Assembly: GCF_900232105.1 (NCBI RefSeq)
Contig: NZ_LT934425.1
Coordinates: 2,850,001-2,882,000 of the forward strand
Reading direction: 5' to 3'
DNA: 32,000 bases
From: Candidatus Kuenenia stuttgartensis
Lineage (GTDB): Bacteria; Planctomycetota; Brocadiia; Brocadiales; Brocadiaceae
In this document: positions 29,013 through 32,000 of the stretch, piece by piece
Position numbering within the stretch: the stretch's first letter is position 1
Layout of the letters: every line of letters starts with the position of its first letter
The notes under the pieces: generated by a model
Told to the model about the DNA's origin: nothing
Database searches by the model: none
Seen by the model: only the letters and a program-made list of their open reading frames with translations
Translations under genes and position numbers: made by a program

Positions 29013-29311
29013 GTTTCATGTACCTGATTTAATTTTCAGGATATATATGTTGTCGAGCAATGAGGGTAGCAGAGGTCAATTTGCTACCCTCATTGTATTT
29101 ATTCGGTACTTTTATGTGCGTTGTATCTTTATAAATGAGTTAGGTTTTTAGGGAAATTCAAGATAAACTACAGATTGTGCAGAGATAAATACATAATCTG
29201 TGTAATCCGTAGTTTCAATCCTTTTTTGCCTGTTTGAAACCTTGTATCTCCAGGCAATTAAGTATTAAGAGAAAATTACTTGTTTTAAAATGAAAGAAGG
29301 AGGTTTAAATT

Positions 29312-30559
29312 ATGAGCATCACTACTTCAAAAATAAGAACTCCTGCGTATGAAAAATTATCGGTGGCAGATGGTTTTTCTGCTAAAATGGGGCATTTTGG
29401 CCGCTTTGGCGGAAAGTTTGTGCCGGAAACGATTATGCCCTCTCTCGACCAATTGGAACAAGCATATAATGATGCGAAAAACGATCCGACATTCAATACA
29501 GAACTGGAATACTATTTGAGAGAGTATGTGGGGCGTCCTTCAACCCTTTATTATGCGGAAAGGCTGACAAAAAAACTTGGCGGCGCTAAAATATATCTCA
29601 AAAGGGAGGATTTAAATCATACCGGAGCACATAAAATTAATAATACGATTGGGCAAATATTGCTTGCTTTGAGGATGGGAAAAAAGCGCATTATTGCTGA
29701 AACTGGCGCTGGACAGCATGGCGTCGCCACGGCTACTGCTGCTGCAATGTTTGGTGTTCAATGTGATGTATATATGGGCGAAGAAGACATGAGACGTCAG
29801 TCGTTGAATGTTTTTAGAATGAAGCTGCTCGGAGCAAAGGTTATTCCCGTCGTCAGTGGTTCGAAAACATTAAAAGATGCTACAAATGAGGCTTTGAGGG
29901 ACTGGATGGGGTCGGTAAAACACACTCATTACATTATTGGTTCTGTTGTTGGTCCTCATCCTTACCCAACAATGGTAAGAGATTTCCAGTTAGTAATAGG
30001 ACGAGAAGCAAAAAAGCAGATATTGGAAAAGGAAAACCGGCTGCCGGATTATCTTATTGCCTGTGTTGGTGGCGGTAGTAATTCAATAGGATTGTTTCAT
30101 CCATTCATTGACGACAAAGAGGTAAAAATGATTGGCGTAGAAGCGGGAGGCACTGGCCCTGGAGTAGGCCAGCATGCATCGACTCTGACAAGCGGGAAAG
30201 TAGGTGTGTTGCATGGAAGTGTAAGCTATGTTCTTCAGGACGATGATGGGCAAACATTGCCGGTGCATTCAATTTCTGCCGGTTTGGACTATCCCGGCGT
30301 TGGTCCCGAGCACAGCTATTTGAAAGACATTGGAAGGGCTGATTATGTTTCGATAACTGACGAAGAAGCGGTAAGCGCCTTTCAGGAATGTGCCCGATTA
30401 GAAGGGATTATTCCAGCCCTTGAGGCCGCACATGCTATTGCGTATACAATGAAACTTGCTCCTGTTTTGAGTAAGGACAAATTGATTATTGTTTGTTTAT
30501 CCGGTACTGGAGATAAGGATTCCTTTGAAGTGGCAAAAAAACTAGGCTACGTCATCTAG
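29312..30559 (+). CDS. trpB: Tryptophan synthase beta chain
   Basis: [115 protein letters not shown]. Confidence 0.98.
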   Translation: MSITTSKIRTPAYEKLSVADGFSAKMGHFGRFGGKFVPETIMPSLDQLEQAYNDAKNDPTFNTELEYYLREYVGRPSTLYYAERLTKKLGGAKIYLKREDLNHTGAHKINNTIGQILLALRMGKKRIIAETGAGQHGVATATAAAMFGVQCDVYMGEEDMRRQSLNVFRMKLLGAKVIPVVSGSKTLKDATNEALRDWMGSVKHTHYIIGSVVGPHPYPTMVRDFQLVIGREAKKQILEKENRLPDYLIACVGGGSNSIGLFHPFIDDKEVKMIGVEAGGTGPGVGQHASTLTSGKVGVLHGSVSYVLQDDDGQTLPVHSISAGLDYPGVGPEHSYLKDIGRADYVSITDEEAVSAFQECARLEGIIPALEAAHAIAYTMKLAPVLSKDKLIIVCLSGTGDKDSFEVAKKLGYVI

Positions 30560-30668
30560 TGGAATACCACATATAAAATAATCGTAAGTAAATAAGGTAT
30601 TTAATTCGAAGTAAAGCACAGTCTCTATTTGATTTTTAGAGTAGAGAAATCGTTATAGTTTTGTTGAG

Positions 30669-31511
30669 ATGATTCCAATGAACAGGATTGATAAAAAATT
30701 TGAAGAATTAAAAAGAAAAAAGGAGCCTGCTTTTATTCCGTTTATTACGGCCGGAGACCCTGACATCGAAACAACAGAGGACTTGATTCTTGCTTTTGAG
30801 AAAAAAGGGGCAGATATTATTGAGCTTGGTGTACCATTTTCCGACCCTATTGCAGATGGGCCTGTTATTCAGGCATCATATCACAGGGCATTGGGAAAAG
30901 GGGTAAAGGTTGCGCAAATATTCGATATGATTTCGAGGCTTCGCAGTAAAACTCAAATACCTGTAGTCGGAATGATTTCTTATAGTATTGTGTACAAATT
31001 TGGAAGTAAAGCTTTTGTTGAAATGGCTTTAAAGGCAGGGTTTGACGGATTGACTATCCCAGACCTTCCCATTGAAGAAAATGAAGAAATATTTGAAATC
31101 TCATCCAAAAATGATTTAAAAATTGTTTGTTTTGTGGCCCCAACAACAACGAATCAACGAATGAACCTTATTACTCAAAGAACGCAGGGGTTTTTGTATT
31201 ATATTTCGGTGGTGGGGATTACCGGAGCAAGGGATATGTTGCCCGATGATATTGTACAAAATATTAATAAACTTAAACAGCTTACTAGTATTCCTATTGT
31301 AGTAGGTTTTGGGGTATCCACAGCCAAACAAGCAAGTATGGTCGGAAAGATCGCAGAAGGCGTAATTGTTGGCAGCGCTATTGTAAGAGAAATTGAAAAA
31401 TATGAACACGAACTTCATGAGAAGCGGATAGAAAATGTTGGTAATTTTGTTGAGGAGTTAGTTATTGGGACAAAGAATTTGCCGAAAACACCTTTGGTAA
31501 GCATTGGTTAG
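30669..31511 (+). CDS. trpA: Tryptophan synthase alpha chain (ATG likely 30678)
   Basis: FIPFITAGDPDIETTEDLILAFEKKGADIIELGVPFSDPIADGPVIQASYHRAL, GFDGLTIPDLPIEE, VGFGVSTAKQ. Confidence 0.97.
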   Translation: MIPMNRIDKKFEELKRKKEPAFIPFITAGDPDIETTEDLILAFEKKGADIIELGVPFSDPIADGPVIQASYHRALGKGVKVAQIFDMISRLRSKTQIPVVGMISYSIVYKFGSKAFVEMALKAGFDGLTIPDLPIEENEEIFEISSKNDLKIVCFVAPTTTNQRMNLITQRTQGFLYYISVVGITGARDMLPDDIVQNINKLKQLTSIPIVVGFGVSTAKQASMVGKIAEGVIVGSAIVREIEKYEHELHEKRIENVGNFVEELVIGTKNLPKTPLVSIG

Positions 31512-31553
31512 TTGAAGTTTTATTTTTAATATCATTTAAAAAAAAGAAAAAAC

Positions 31554-31714
31554 GTAACTATTCAGCGTGTTTGAGCAAAAAACATTATATGTGGTAGAGA
31601 ATGCTTGTTTTGTATTTTCAGACTATATGTGGTAGTACAACCTGTGGCTAAATTTTATGTTTTTAGTCATTTTATGCCATATATGGTAGTCGCAAAATCA
31701 CGCTGAATAGTTAC
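31554..31714. mobile_element. Short non-coding element with IS66-like terminal inverted repeats (MITE candidate)
   Basis: Perfect 16-bp inverted repeat GTAACTATTCAGCGTG (31554-31569) / CACGCTGAATAGTTAC (31699-31714), matching the IS TIR GTATCTATTCAGCG at 13 of 14 positions. Confidence 0.7.
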
Positions 31715-31738
31715 AAGAAAGAAAAAACAGGATATATT

Positions 31739-32000
31739 TTGGATCAGAACAAAGAAAAAGGGTACACTCAATATCAAAAGAAGGTTATTAAGGGATTTTA
31801 TGAAAATAAAGACCTGCGACTAATACAAAACCTTGGAGAGCTGGTTTCTGATATGTACCTGATAACGGACGAAAAAAAGAAGGATTCCGGCTGGAAGAGA
31901 ATTAAGAAAATACTTGCCGATTTGAAGGTGCACCCTAACGAAGTGGAATATTTGACTAAAGAGAGAAACCTTGCGGTAATTTCAAAAAAAATAGAAGAAA
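31739..32000 (+). CDS. Uncharacterised protein, partial (runs off right edge; candidate TTG start)
   Basis: Open frame LDQNKEKGYTQYQKKVIKGFYENKDLRLIQNLGELVSDMYLITDEKKKDSGWKRIKKILADLKVHPNEVEYLTKERNLAVISKKIEE to window end; not listed in ORF track. Confidence 0.6.
   Translation, partial: MDQNKEKGYTQYQKKVIKGFYENKDLRLIQNLGELVSDMYLITDEKKKDSGWKRIKKILADLKVHPNEVEYLTKERNLAVISKKIEE

Noticed and set aside
1-32000. CRISPR array, phage island or retron-like system
   Set aside because: No regularly spaced identical repeats, and no Cas, phage structural or reverse transcriptase motifs seen on either strand.

Overview
The window looks like chromosome from an anammox planctomycete (inferred from the octaheme HAO-family cytochrome at 27.4-29.0 kb, which resembles Candidatus Kuenenia/Brocadia proteins). 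Housekeeping content: a partial class-I amidotransferase at the left edge, hslVU, a CBS-domain protein, a copper-type P1B ATPase split by a frameshift, a geranylgeranyl-reductase-like flavoprotein, a DJ-1/PfpI protein, endonuclease IV, a korDAB-type 2-oxoacid:ferredoxin oxidoreductase, a membrane/TPR protein, the octaheme cytochrome, and trpB-trpA. Two toxin-antitoxin-like pairs are present (DUF433/DUF5615 and UPF0175/DUF3368-PIN). The most unusual part is 9.3-19.5 kb. It holds three ArsR regulators, a Cys-rich mini-protein, two SAM methyltransferases, a disrupted outer-membrane beta-barrel gene, a five-heme cytochrome, a cysteine desulfurase and a DsrE-like protein. Non-autonomous mobile DNA found by reading the sequence: (a) two identical 99-bp MITE-like elements in inverted orientation (9276-9374, 13698-13796), each with ~16-bp TIRs and a 3-bp TTA/TAA duplication, one of them interrupting the beta-barrel ORF; (b) a complete IS66-family element 17059-18775 with 14-bp TIRs and a perfect 8-bp duplication CAAATTTC; (c) a ~161-bp element at 31554-31714 with nearly the same TIR as that IS. 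No CRISPR array was seen, and no tRNA or rRNA was recognised. No complete new defence or biochemical system can be claimed with confidence; the MITEs and the ArsR/cytochrome/desulfurase neighbourhood are the best leads.
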